Assembly: GCA_907165135.1 (NCBI GenBank)
Contig: OU015570.1
Coordinates: 1,178,001 to 1,242,000 of the forward strand
Length of the DNA: 64,000 nucleotides
DNA from: Oikopleura dioica
Taxonomy: Eukaryota; Animalia; Chordata
Reading direction: 5' to 3'
The notes beneath the pieces were generated by a model, which was not told the origin of the DNA, did not search any database, and worked only from the letters and a program-made list of their open reading frames with translations. The position numbers and the translations under genes are program-made. Positions 12,158-22,121 of the stretch are shown in pieces. Every line of letters begins with the position of its first letter. The stretch's first letter is position 1.

Positions 12158-12619
12158 CGGTAATGGTATACATCGGCGCGGCGCCGCTCGCTCGATCCGC
12201 GCTCCGCAAGAACCTTTTTCTCACGAGGCCGTAAAATCTGAACGGATCGAGATTTGTCAAAGATTAAAACAGATTCGGAATCCTCAAAGTCTTTTCTATA
12301 AACTGATCGAAAATTAAAACAATTTTCAAAGAGGAACACTGTGAAAAGTGCCAGTTTCCTTCAAATGACATTTTCTCCATAAATTATGGACCATAATTTC
12401 TCATCCAAATTTTATGAAAATTGGACTGTCTTGTAGAGAATCGTCAGCTCTACAATTCCTGTGTTTCAGATTTTTCATTTGGGCTTTCAAAAATAATGTG
12501 CGCTCTTTTGAAAAGAGAGTTATTCTCGCCCGCGAACCATTCTTTATGAAGAATGGTTCTTTGCAAAAGCGACTGAAGGGTGAAGGAAACCGGAGCCCTT
12601 CAGTAACTCAGGGAGGGTG

Positions 12620-12914
12620 AAAAAGTCATATAAATCCGCTCTAGCGCAGGGGAACCGATATTCGCCGCTCACCGCTCAAGATTGTGCGTGCGAACGCACC
12701 AATCGGGCGGGGGCTGGCTTGTTATGAAAATCGGTCCTCGCGCGAGCAGGATTTTTAGCGACTGAGGTGTTTTTCAAATTCCTGTCGCACGACGCAGGAT
12801 CCTCAGGGCGTTCTAGAGAAGCCGTGCGTATTTTGAACTTCACGCTCCCACGAGCGGGCCTGCAGGTCCTGAGTCTTTCCGACCAGGAATTTTCATGATA
12901 AAGGATAGGTCTCA
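12620..12914. repeat. Terminal direct repeat (3' copy in element orientation), 295 bp
   Basis: Identical by eye to 27631-27925 (AAAAAGTCATATAAATCC...GGATAGGTCTCA). Confidence 0.95.
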
Positions 12915-13317
12915 TAGTAATGAACGTGAAACCAATCAATGCAAATATCCATAAACGTTACCTTACCATTACCATAGATCGGTGATTAATGCACTCTTTA
13001 TCTTGATTCCTTAATATGGACGTTTTCATGCCTCTAAACCACTGCAACATGAATTCTCTTTATCTCTTGCATCCATACCCAAGAAACAGATGTTAGTTTT
13101 CCTGTGCAATTTTATTAAAATAAAGAACCTAACAGTCGAAAGTTTGGGCAAAAGGTTATTGTACCCATCTAACTCTCGCGAGTTAGATGGGTCTGGTTTT
13201 CAATCTTCGCAACTGCACCTTCGGACGATCGCTCGATAAGGCTCGTGTTCTCGAGTTTTCCTTAGGTGAACATTACCAATTTTGCACGCAAAACGAGCTT
13301 CTTACCATTGAATAAAT

Positions 13318-13449
13318 TCATCGAAGCCAGGATTTCGGCGTAGCAGGATATGCTGTCGAAGTCGGATGAGGATGCCCACTTTGAGCTCGCGCTCGCGGAG
13401 GCCTCTCCATCTTCATCTTTGTTTCCTTTTTACCAAAACAGTTTCCCAT
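13318..13449 (-). CDS. ORF-G: micro-protein starting MGNCFGKK (43 aa as read; probably longer through a -1 shift and a 45-nt intron at 13305-13261)
   Basis: TTCATTTTAG|tATG GGA AAC TGT TTT GGT AAA AAG; intron candidate GTAAGA...CCTAAG. Too short for the supplied ORF track. Confidence 0.55.
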   Translation of the reverse strand: MGNCFGKKETKMKMERPPRARAQSGHPHPTSTAYPATPKSWLR

Positions 13450-13503
13450 ACTAAAATGAAACGTTCTAATAACTCCGCGATTTATTTTATTCCGAATCGA
13501 GGT

Positions 13504-13785
13504 CTAAAGAGATTGAGGAAGGTTGCACTGAAAGTACGGGATTTTAAAGAGGTCAAAACCCGTTGCTCGGAGGAGGAAGTCCCGGTCGTCTTTCGCCGTC
13601 TGAGCCATGCGGCACTCGAAATCCTCCTCAGCTAATTCAGCAAGAAGGGCGACCTTCGAGCTGAATGTAGCTGCTCGAAAGACCTGCAGGCGGCCGTTAA
13701 TTCCTATCAACAAAGCTTCTCTAAGGATCTTGACGCAGAACTCGGTCTGTACCACCGAGAGGTGACTTTCGGATGAAATCGTCAT
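13504..13785 (-). CDS. ORF-F, 93 aa, unknown
   Basis: Open frame with GATAG|aaATG upstream. Confidence 0.55.
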   Translation of the reverse strand: MTISSESHLSVVQTEFCVKILREALLIGINGRLQVFRAATFSSKVALLAELAEEDFECRMAQTAKDDRDFLLRATGFDLFKIPYFQCNLPQSL

Positions 13786-13899
13786 TTCTATCTTAACGAT
13801 ATAGATTAAAACCCTTCCGATACTATTTTATCCTGATAACTCGAAACTCCTACAGTAAGTCATGATTCGACAGTAATCAAGTTCCACAGGCGGATCCGT

Positions 13900-14186
13900 C
13901 TAGATACCATGACTCTCCGCCTCGCGGCAGGGAATGTCATTGATCTCAAAGCCGATTTTCTCGAAGACGAAGAGGCAATCTTCAAAGGGTACCCGTTTAT
14001 TGCGCTTTCGAAACAAGAGCGTGGAAGATAGGTAGGCCAGAGCGAAAAGCTTCTTCCTCGGGGTCATCTCTTCCGCGCCCCAAAGCGTGTAGTCATCGTT
14101 CTCCATCTCCGCGCTCTTCAAAATCGCAAAGACTCTTTCGAGCTCATCGGGGAAAGTCTACGCGTAGTACCGGGAATCGTGAACAT
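13900..14186 (-). CDS. ORF-E, ~95 aa, unknown (one -1 shift near 14155)
   Basis: TGTTTAG|taATG at 14186; MFTIPGTTRR joins FPDELERVFAILKSAEM if one T is restored. Confidence 0.5.
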
Positions 14187-14246
14187 TACTAAACAGTTAT
14201 GCAATCAATTCCTTATAAATAACAGCTTGATAGCAAGAAGAGACAC

Positions 14247-15555
14247 TTATAACACATAATCGGAGTTTTGTGATATTTTTCTTTTCTTATTCTCCTTGAA
14301 TTCTCGCCATGACCTCGCTCCTTTGAATTTATCCGTCATCGAGGGGGCATTCGGCGTGGAAGAGGACTCGCGAGAGTCCCCTCTCTCGTTGAAGCACTTA
14401 CATGTAAAACCTTCGGTCTGCGTACCCTTTGATGCCACCTTTGGTTCTAGCTTCAAGGTGGTTTGAACCAATTTCTTTCCGGCTCCCTGTTTTTCTGGTT
14501 CAACAATGACGACATCGGCATCAAACGACGGGTTTTTGTCTCTCTTGATCAGAGCGTTCGCGAGGTTTGGAGGACGAGGGTCGCCCCTTCGTCTTCCTGG
14601 CGCTTTCTCTCAACCATTGCCGCGATGCGATAGTGAGCTCCATACTCTGAGTCCAACAAGAAATAGCTTCTGTAGACCTCGAGCATTTCTGCCGACTTCC
14701 ACCGACATACCGAAATTATGAGACTATCGTCGACTCCGGCTTCACAAGCAGCGATTACGTAGCTGCAACGCATACTGTGCCCGCTCGGAGCGTTTTCCCA
14801 ATTCAGCAACGCCGCTGTCTTTCTATAATAATAGTTGATCGTAGCTGTGACCAGACCTCTCTTAAGTTCTGGGGCAGCAAACAGCTTCCCTGACTCCCTT
14901 CCGTCGATCAGTTTTTCAATCCATTGTTTGATGTTGATGGGAAAATCGGGCAGAATTGGAAGTGAGAGGCTTTCTCGTTTCCTTTTGCTGGCGTTGGTCT
15001 TGCTGGTTCGTAGAGGCATTATAATATATAACGCCTCCTTTTTCTGCTTGAAGATTAGATCTTCAATTCTCAGCGAAAGGATTTCAGCAGTCCTTCCGGC
15101 TGTGTGGAAAGCAATTACGCTCACTATGGCGACCATCTTTTCGATATTAGTCCCGTTATAGAGTCGCCTCCAAAACGGGAGTAACTCGTTTCTACGGAAG
15201 ATGTTTGCTTGGTGAGGCTCATACAAAGACTCGGAGCTTTGAGCTCTCATCTTGCGGTTAATCCACGTTTTAAGGGTTTGTCTCGCCGGGTGAAGCAAAG
15301 GTGTTCCTTCTCTGTCCATCACCGCATTCTGGATGAAACTTCGCAGTTTCTCCCAGCCTTGCGGGATGGAGGGGTTCTTAAGTTTGAGTGAGTCGAGGAA
15401 CTTTTCCATTACTTCGGCTGTGACTACCGACTTCGATTGCCTACGGAATTTTTCCATGTAGAAGATGCCCAGGACTTGCACGCTTCTGGCTTTAAGTCGT
15501 AACGCGCGACTATTGCACCCGATTCACTTGTTTCATTAAATTTCCGATGTCCCAT
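14247..15555 (-). CDS. Tyrosine recombinase (~436 aa after restoring two single bases)
   Basis: Catalytic R in HTAGRTAEIL, K in SKTN, HSMR, Y in WKSAEMLEVY. ATG at 15555 and a C-terminal extension to 14247 join the core ORF 14549-15481 by -1 shifts in A5 and G4 runs. Confidence 0.9.
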
Positions 15556-15765
15556 CTATTAAAGAGTAAATTTTAAAGGAAGTTTTATAGTCCTAACTTT
15601 TAATTTCGAAATAGATCCTAAGCACTAAAATAAATAAGAGGTAGATAAATGAAAGATTAACAGAAACAGCGAACAGATGAATAGCACTATAGCACTCCCC
15701 TAAGGGGTCGAAGAGCGAGCAAAGAAGGAGAGGTCTGCGAAGACCCTCCTTCTTTAATCCGTTCT

Positions 15766-15986
15766 TTAAGATTTCGGCTGGATGTTCTGGCGTCCGGTTC
15801 CGCCTCCTCGGCCACGGCCGCCTCGACCACCCCTCGGCCCCGGAAGTTGTCTTGTGAGTAACCTTGGTTATGAGGGTGGCCATAGCCGCTGTTGTAGCCC
15901 TCCGAATATTGGGCATTGTACTGGTTGTCGTACGAATGCCATTTATTCTGGCCGTGGTTTCCGCCACCAGAGTTGCCGTGGAAGCG
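15766..15986 (-). CDS. G/Y/N/Q-rich plus RGG coding segment (possible terminal exon of ORF-D)
   Basis: RFHGNSGGGNHGQNKWHSYDNQYNAQYSEGYNSGYGHPHNQGYSQDNFRGRG, then GGRGGRGRGGG after a -1 shift in a G run. No clean ATG or acceptor resolved. Confidence 0.55.
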
Positions 15987-16113
15987 TTAAACCATAAGAT
16001 CAAAAAACTACTTAGTTTTAAACATTTTTTATATTTTGTAGCGAATGATTCATAGTTCTAAGGTAATCTACTTCATTTACGTCCAAATCCTAATCTAAAT
16101 ATAAACACATAAA

Positions 16114-17258
16114 TCAATCACCTCCTCTGCCTCCGCGACCTCTCGGCTTGTTCTTTTGGCCACCACGGCGAGTTTGCTTGTTCTCAGCCTTCGCCTTGTC
16201 CCGACTTTCCTTCTCAGCCAAAGCATGCGCCCGCTTCAAGTCGTCGGCGTACTCGATCTTTTCCTCCGCGGTCATTGTGGCGTGATCCCGCTTGAGTTTC
16301 CTCAAATACTGGGTATCCGCCTGAGAATCGAGCTGGTTCTGCATGAATCGTTGTTGTCGATTCTTGTCAGGGTCCATGGACGAGTGCAAGATCTTGTTAT
16401 CTGCATCATTGTAGGCCATTCTGGTGATGCAGTCGCACAAGTCAGACATGGTCGCCTGAGTGCAAGCTTTGCGACAACTGAGAAGGAAATCGAAACGAGA
16501 CATTGTCTTGTTTTCCAGCAAATTCTGGAGGCAGAGGTTAAGGTTCGGGAAGCTGTGGTGGTCGTGGCCAATAGCTTGAGTATAGCGTGATAAGATATCT
16601 TTAGCTTTCGCGAAAGTGAGGGAAGCGATTCCCTCCCTTGTCGCTACTGCTTTACGCCACTCAATCCCAACCTTGCGGGCATCTTCAGCCTTGGGCTGTT
16701 CAAGATCGTCCGAGCCCAGGCAAATCTTGTAAAACGCGCCGTCATCCGTTTTGTAGGCGAAGTCGGTTCGTCGTTCCTCGACGACGTATTTCTTCAAAGC
16801 GGCGACGCTTTTAGAAATAACCTCGTCGAGGGCGAGCTGTTCCGCTCTTATTTTGTTGGCCTTCATCAGGGCGTTGTCCAAGGACTCCTGAACCGTTTTA
16901 GCGTCCATGGCCCAGGCTTCTTTATCTCCTTCATGGAGATCCAGGCCTCGTTCTACGCGACCCTTGCAGTATTCTCTCGCATCGACAATGTCCTGCCATT
17001 TGAGTGTCTCTTCGGCGGCTTGTTTCGCGAGGCCGAGAAGCCGAGCTCGGCGGTTCTTATCCGCTGCAATGGCCTCATATTTCAAGGCGAACACATCGTC
17101 CTTAAGGCGCTCCTCCATGATGAAGTCATAGTCGCGCTTGTTGATCTTGACGGTGCCAGCTGTCATTTCCATTCTTCTAAACGCAGCGAGTCTTTGCTGG
17201 TTAGAAGCGGAGTTTGGGTTTTGAAACCCTCCATGTTTAGAAAGGCCAAATCGTTCAT
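16114..17258 (-). CDS. ORF-D, ~381 aa, helical/coiled-coil with basic RG-rich tail (possible nucleocapsid-like protein)
   Basis: 352-aa ORF 16114-17172 extends to the ATG at 17258 with one -1 shift; TTCTTCAG acceptor 9 nt upstream; ends RRGGQKNKPRGRGGRGGD. Confidence 0.75.
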
Positions 17259-17368
17259 GATTTCAGTCTGAAGAAATGAAATAAATTTCCCAATCTCAAC
17301 TTGAGACTACAAAATATGCTTCAAGATACAAAAATAGAACATCAAGGGAAAGGGGCCTTCGCAGGCCT

Positions 17369-19751
17369 CTACTCCCCTTTGTGTACAATCAAAGACAAAT
17401 GTGCTTTATCTGGGTGTTTCCAGTAGCCGAGATCGTGGTCTAACTCATCTGTCGGAAAAAGGATTGGCATCTCTTTCCACTCAACCCATTGAAGATTGTC
17501 GAGATGGAACACTTCACTTCTCAAAGGGGACAAAATTTCATATTCAATGACGGCCAGCACCCACGTTGCCTTCTTTGCTCGTTCCAACAACAATTGAAAC
17601 GTAGGAATCAACACCGGTTGAGGCGGGAAGAGCCAGGCCGTTTCGTTCTCCAAAGACTTGATTGTCAGAAAATTCGTATGAATCGAGCCCTGCTCGTCGT
17701 GTAGTGACATGAATCTTTCTGTTTTTCTGTTGTGAACTGTTGCGAAACAGTCCACAGTGAATTTCAAACCCAAAGATTCCTCAATCCTCCTGAACCCATC
17801 GTGCGAGACAATCGCTTGTCTCGCATCAACGGTTCTAGAGGGTTCATCGGCTTCTTGTTCTAGCGTAGAAACCCATGTTACGTCCAAGCTGATGTTGTTA
17901 TCGTGGGCCGCTTCATTGATTCTTTTGATGATCCTTGTCAAAGGCAGATTTGAGCTTCCGAACTTGAAGGTTTCAGTGACAGCTCTGTTGTCACAATAGA
18001 AAATAACCCTTCTATTCTGTAAACGGTGACCGTATTTTTCCAATGCTGCTAAGATTCCCACGCCTCCTTCAAGTGGATCGCCGACCGAGCTATGGCATCT
18101 CCTTCGGACCAAGTAATGGTTTCGTTTATGCCGAGATCGTTTATTACGATACCTCCAGCGAAGCTGGAGGCGTCGGTTGAAATCACTGTTTTCGCCGCCA
18201 CGACGCCCGGCTCAAGCCACGATCTAGTTTTCGTGATGTATTTGGATTTAAGCCAAACGAGGAGTTCCTCGCGGAGCTCCTCGGTGACTCTGACTTCCTC
18301 ATCTCTCGCGTTTTTGATGGCATCCGTACAAACTCTGATGTAGAGTCGCATATTCGATATGACGAGGCACATCGAGGCCATTTTTCCCCTCAAGCGTTCG
18401 AGAACTTTCACGTGGACACGTTTTTCTTTCTTACTGCAGCGGCTTCCTGTTTGAAGCGTTCCCATTTCGCTCTCGGGATGGCGATTGTGCAATCGATCGT
18501 ATTTATCGTGAAGCCGAGGAACTCCAAGACCTGCAAAGGTCTCGGAGTACTCTTCTTCCGGTTGATGAACGTGCCGAGTAAGGTAAAGAGGAGAAGGGCT
18601 GCGACAAGTTCCCTTGGAGTTTTGGATCCATTAAGGAAGTTTCGGGCTTGAGCTGGAGAAGAGGGGCGCACGATTAACAGCCTATCGTCCAAGTACAAAA
18701 AGCACCTGATTCCTTGTTTTCTTAAGTAATTAACTGGGGTGCCATTGCATAGTTGATAATGGCCAGGGATGGCCGGAAGGCCGAAAGCCGCGCCTCTGTA
18801 GCGAAAGAGGTTTCCGCCTAGCTGGCAAAAAGCGAGGTTGCGGGAGAAAGGGTCGAGTGTGAGGTGGTGGAAGCCACTTTTATCGTCCCACTTTGAAAGA
18901 AGGTCGCCCTTCTTCAAAATTTTTAGGACTTGGCCGGCTGAATCAAGGTGACACGGTTGCGTGTATCTTTCGAGGACCTTGAGCGGGCCACCATTATAGC
19001 ATGTCCGCCACTGCTCTTCTCCTTGCTTCGGCACCACTACCCAATTCGCCATCATGAGGATCGAATGTTTTGCTTCCGGCGGTCTGTATTCGAGCGCTGC
19101 CGACTCCATCCACTTTTTAATTTGATTCGCGATGACTCCGATGTGTTTATTTGTGCCCTTCGAGTTTTTTATCACCAAAGGCTTACCAAAATTATCACCG
19201 TCTGCGAAGACGGGATAATGGATTTGCCTTGTATAATGGAACTTTCCGACTCGGTAACGATCTTCGCCTTTCATCCTTGATTTCATCTTAAGCTCGTTGT
19301 CTGGGTTAGTCTTGTAGTACGAAGCCACCTTGAAGTTTTTATACCTCTTCGCCTTTTTAACTGGCACGTGCATGAGGTTTTGAAACAATGAAATTCCTTG
19401 ATGAATATCATGGTACGCCTCCGGGCGGAGTTTCTCTGGCAGATAATTAATAAAGATCAGCCACAAATCCACATTGTCCGCAAAGGTTCCACATTTGAAG
19501 TCTTTTTCTGAGCGAAATCGTACCAAGTTCCAGTCGGGCTCGACGTCGCCGTCGATGACCCTTTGGAACGTCTGTAAAGCTTCAACTGAATACTGTTTCC
19601 ATTGCGCGTCCGACCAGTAAGGCGCCGACTTATCATCTTCCTCTTGATAAAGTGTGAGGGAGCGCACTTCTTGTCGTTTATCTGGGAGGCCTTCGCCGTT
19701 CTTTAGGCCTCCGAGCCACGCTTTTGCCTTTTCGTTATCCAGCCTAAACAC
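17369..19751 (-). CDS. pol: Pol: RT - RNase H - Dam-like methyltransferase domain, no in-frame ATG at start
   Basis: RT: KWDDKSGFHH, AFGLPAIP, YLDD, FLGF. RH: STDAS, HLKEA, YCDN, ADEPSR. MT: VDCFAT...N, WLFPP. Three ORFs join by -1 shifts at ~18420 (A5) and ~18058 (G3). Confidence 0.92.
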
Positions 19752-19883
19752 ATGGAGCTGAGGAGAACGTTATTCCTAACAGGTTTAAATTATGAGAGGC
19801 AGACCCTAACGCGCAAAGAAACAGCTGTGAATTCAAGTGGCCCAGGTTAGGCGGGTCCTGCGAAGGACCCGCGTAACTAGAAC

Positions 19884-21289
19884 TTAAAACATCATGTCTC
19901 CAAATGTGGCGAGAGAAACCTCGGCCTCCATTTGGGCCTTTCGGTTCATCTCTCTTCGTCTTTTGACGTGTTGCATGTAACCTCCCTCAAAGCCATCGTC
20001 GTCCGTCGGTGTTGTAATGACGGGCCGATGTTGGACAACTTGTCTTGGTGGTTCGGGCTTTGGTTGAGGACTAAAGAGTATTTATAGGGGTTACTACTAC
20101 AATAACAATAATGGTTCGTATGCTAAGATTTTATCAAATGAAGAGCCTTCAACAGAAAACTCAGACGGCTCCCGCAACCTGCTAAGTTATGGTTTTCAGT
20201 TTTTACCTTTTGCTCTCGGCCCAGTTATCCAGGCCCTTCTCGATCGCCTGGTCGATCTTCGCAAAACCGAGCGCGACGTAAGTCCGCGAGTTCATTTCAT
20301 CGGCGTCGGGAAAAAGACCCTCACCAGCTCCATCGCCTTTTGCTTTGTGATTGCGTTTTGGCGGTCTTCTGCTTTTGAGGAACTCGTCGAGCCTCAAACT
20401 CCCTGTGACTTCTCTCCGAAGAGGACCGCGAGGTCCTTTCGGATACCAGTCACAAGGTTCGTCAAGCGGGATGGCGAGAGCGACTCGGGATCTAGCAGCC
20501 ACATGCGTAGATCCTTCATCACCGTGACGTAAGTTGCCGTGGCGATGGCAGCTAAACCGTCCTTCAGCGAGAGGGCCAGGGCTGACTTGATGGGGTTTTC
20601 TCCCTTGATCTCAAAAAGAATTTGAGAAAGCCACTTGAACTCGGCGACTAATTTCTCGTCGTCGCCCTTAGCATCGATTAATAGAACGGCCAACTCCGCC
20701 TCGTTGTAGATGGCCTGTTTGGGCTTAAGGTTGACGTTGCACATTCGATAGAGGGCCGCCATCTCTTTATTAATCGTAATGGCCAAGTTCTCGCTAAACA
20801 AAGCTTGAACTTTCAGCGCCTGACCAAAGGTGATGTTGCCATCTCTTCGGAAACGATCCGTTTCGGACTCAATTTCTCGAAGGAAAACGACGAATTCATC
20901 TGGGCAAATTCTTTCGCCAATCGTGCAAGCAACCCTGCTTTTACGTTGGAGGCTAGGGATTTGTTTTTCCAGCTTTTCAAGTCTTTCGTTGACAGCTGTG
21001 TCAATCGTCGCCGGTTGAACCTCGCGGTTCAACTCGGCTTGATCTCTACTTGCTCGGCTTCGATATTATCGAGCCTAGCCACAACTTCTTGAAAAGCTTC
21101 CGATTCCAAGACTGCTACAGTAACGTCCTTCACTTTCGTGGTCTTTGGCTTGGCCGGGGCCTTCGTTTTCACCTCCAAGGCTTGGACCTTCGGCTTCACC
21201 TCCGTCGCCGGAGTAGTTGCCGAAGTGGAAGCCGCTAGAACTTCTTCAATCGATGGAATTTCTTTCAAATCGGTTTTCTTTGGAGGCAT
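19884..21289 (-). CDS. ORF-C, Gag-like by position; exons 21289-20207 and 20070-19884
   Basis: TTTAG|aATG; three ORFs joined by two -1 shifts; donor AG|GTAAAA at 20206 joins acceptor CTTTAG at 20071 in frame, adding 61 aa. Confidence 0.65.
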
Positions 21290-21761
21290 TCTAAATTCAG
21301 CAATTTGTAACCTTTTAAATTTAAGAAGTTATATTTTCCAGTCACATAATGAATACTTTTTATCTTTGAATTTGAACTTAAGCAACAAGGCTCTTTTCAC
21401 CCTTCGACCCTCGACAACTCAACACCGGCCGGCCCAACAGCAAAAGGCTCCGGAAATAGAGTTTCTAGTACTTGAAGGTTCGTGCCCAGTAAACTGGGGC
21501 CTCTCGCGAAGCGACTTATCGAACAGTCGAGTATAGAAACTCCTATTTGACCGGCCACAATCGACCTGAGGAGGGCAGAAGGGTGAAAATTTTTAAAGAA
21601 ACAAATCACAAATAGACAAAGGAATGACTTTAACAACACAGTGAAATTTCAAATAGTAGAGAAGTCACAATGACTAAATTTTGAACTAAAAATTTTGAAC
21701 TAAAAAACTGACAGAGGTAGTACATGATCTTGGTTTAGGGTAGGCATTTTCTTATTTTCCA

Positions 21762-22121
21762 TTATTCTCCGTGATCTTCATCATCGGATTGCCGTGGATA
21801 AAAATCTTTGGCGAAGCAATGAAAGACTGTTGGCAAGCCTAGCTCTTCTCGTTTTCTTGTTTCTTTGAAGAGCTGGTTCCTGACCGCCGAGCCGTTTATA
21901 TTTCCAAACCTTTGCTCAATGTCCGCTAGAAACTGCGAAGTTTCAGCGGGCATTTCAATGAGCAAGTCGAACAGGATAGTTCCTTGCTCGTCGGCCTTTG
22001 TCGGCATGAAAGTTTTACCGGAGATAATTTGTGCAGCTTTTGTAATAGCCGCCTTTTGGCTTATTGACAGCGCAGAGGTGTTTATATCGCATCTGTCAAC
22101 CAGGTCCGCTTCAGTTATCAT
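21762..22121 (-). CDS. ORF-B, 119 aa, unknown
   Basis: Its ATG overlaps the upstream TGA (ATGA at 22121-22118). Confidence 0.6.
   Translation of the reverse strand: MITEADLVDRCDINTSALSISQKAAITKAAQIISGKTFMPTKADEQGTILFDLLIEMPAETSQFLADIEQRFGNINGSAVRNQLFKETRKREELGLPTVFHCFAKDFYPRQSDDEDHGE

Noticed and set aside
21397-21639. Possible extra exon after ORF-B (CTCCTCAG acceptor near 21570)
   Set aside because: No convincing in-frame donor or ATG could be linked to it.
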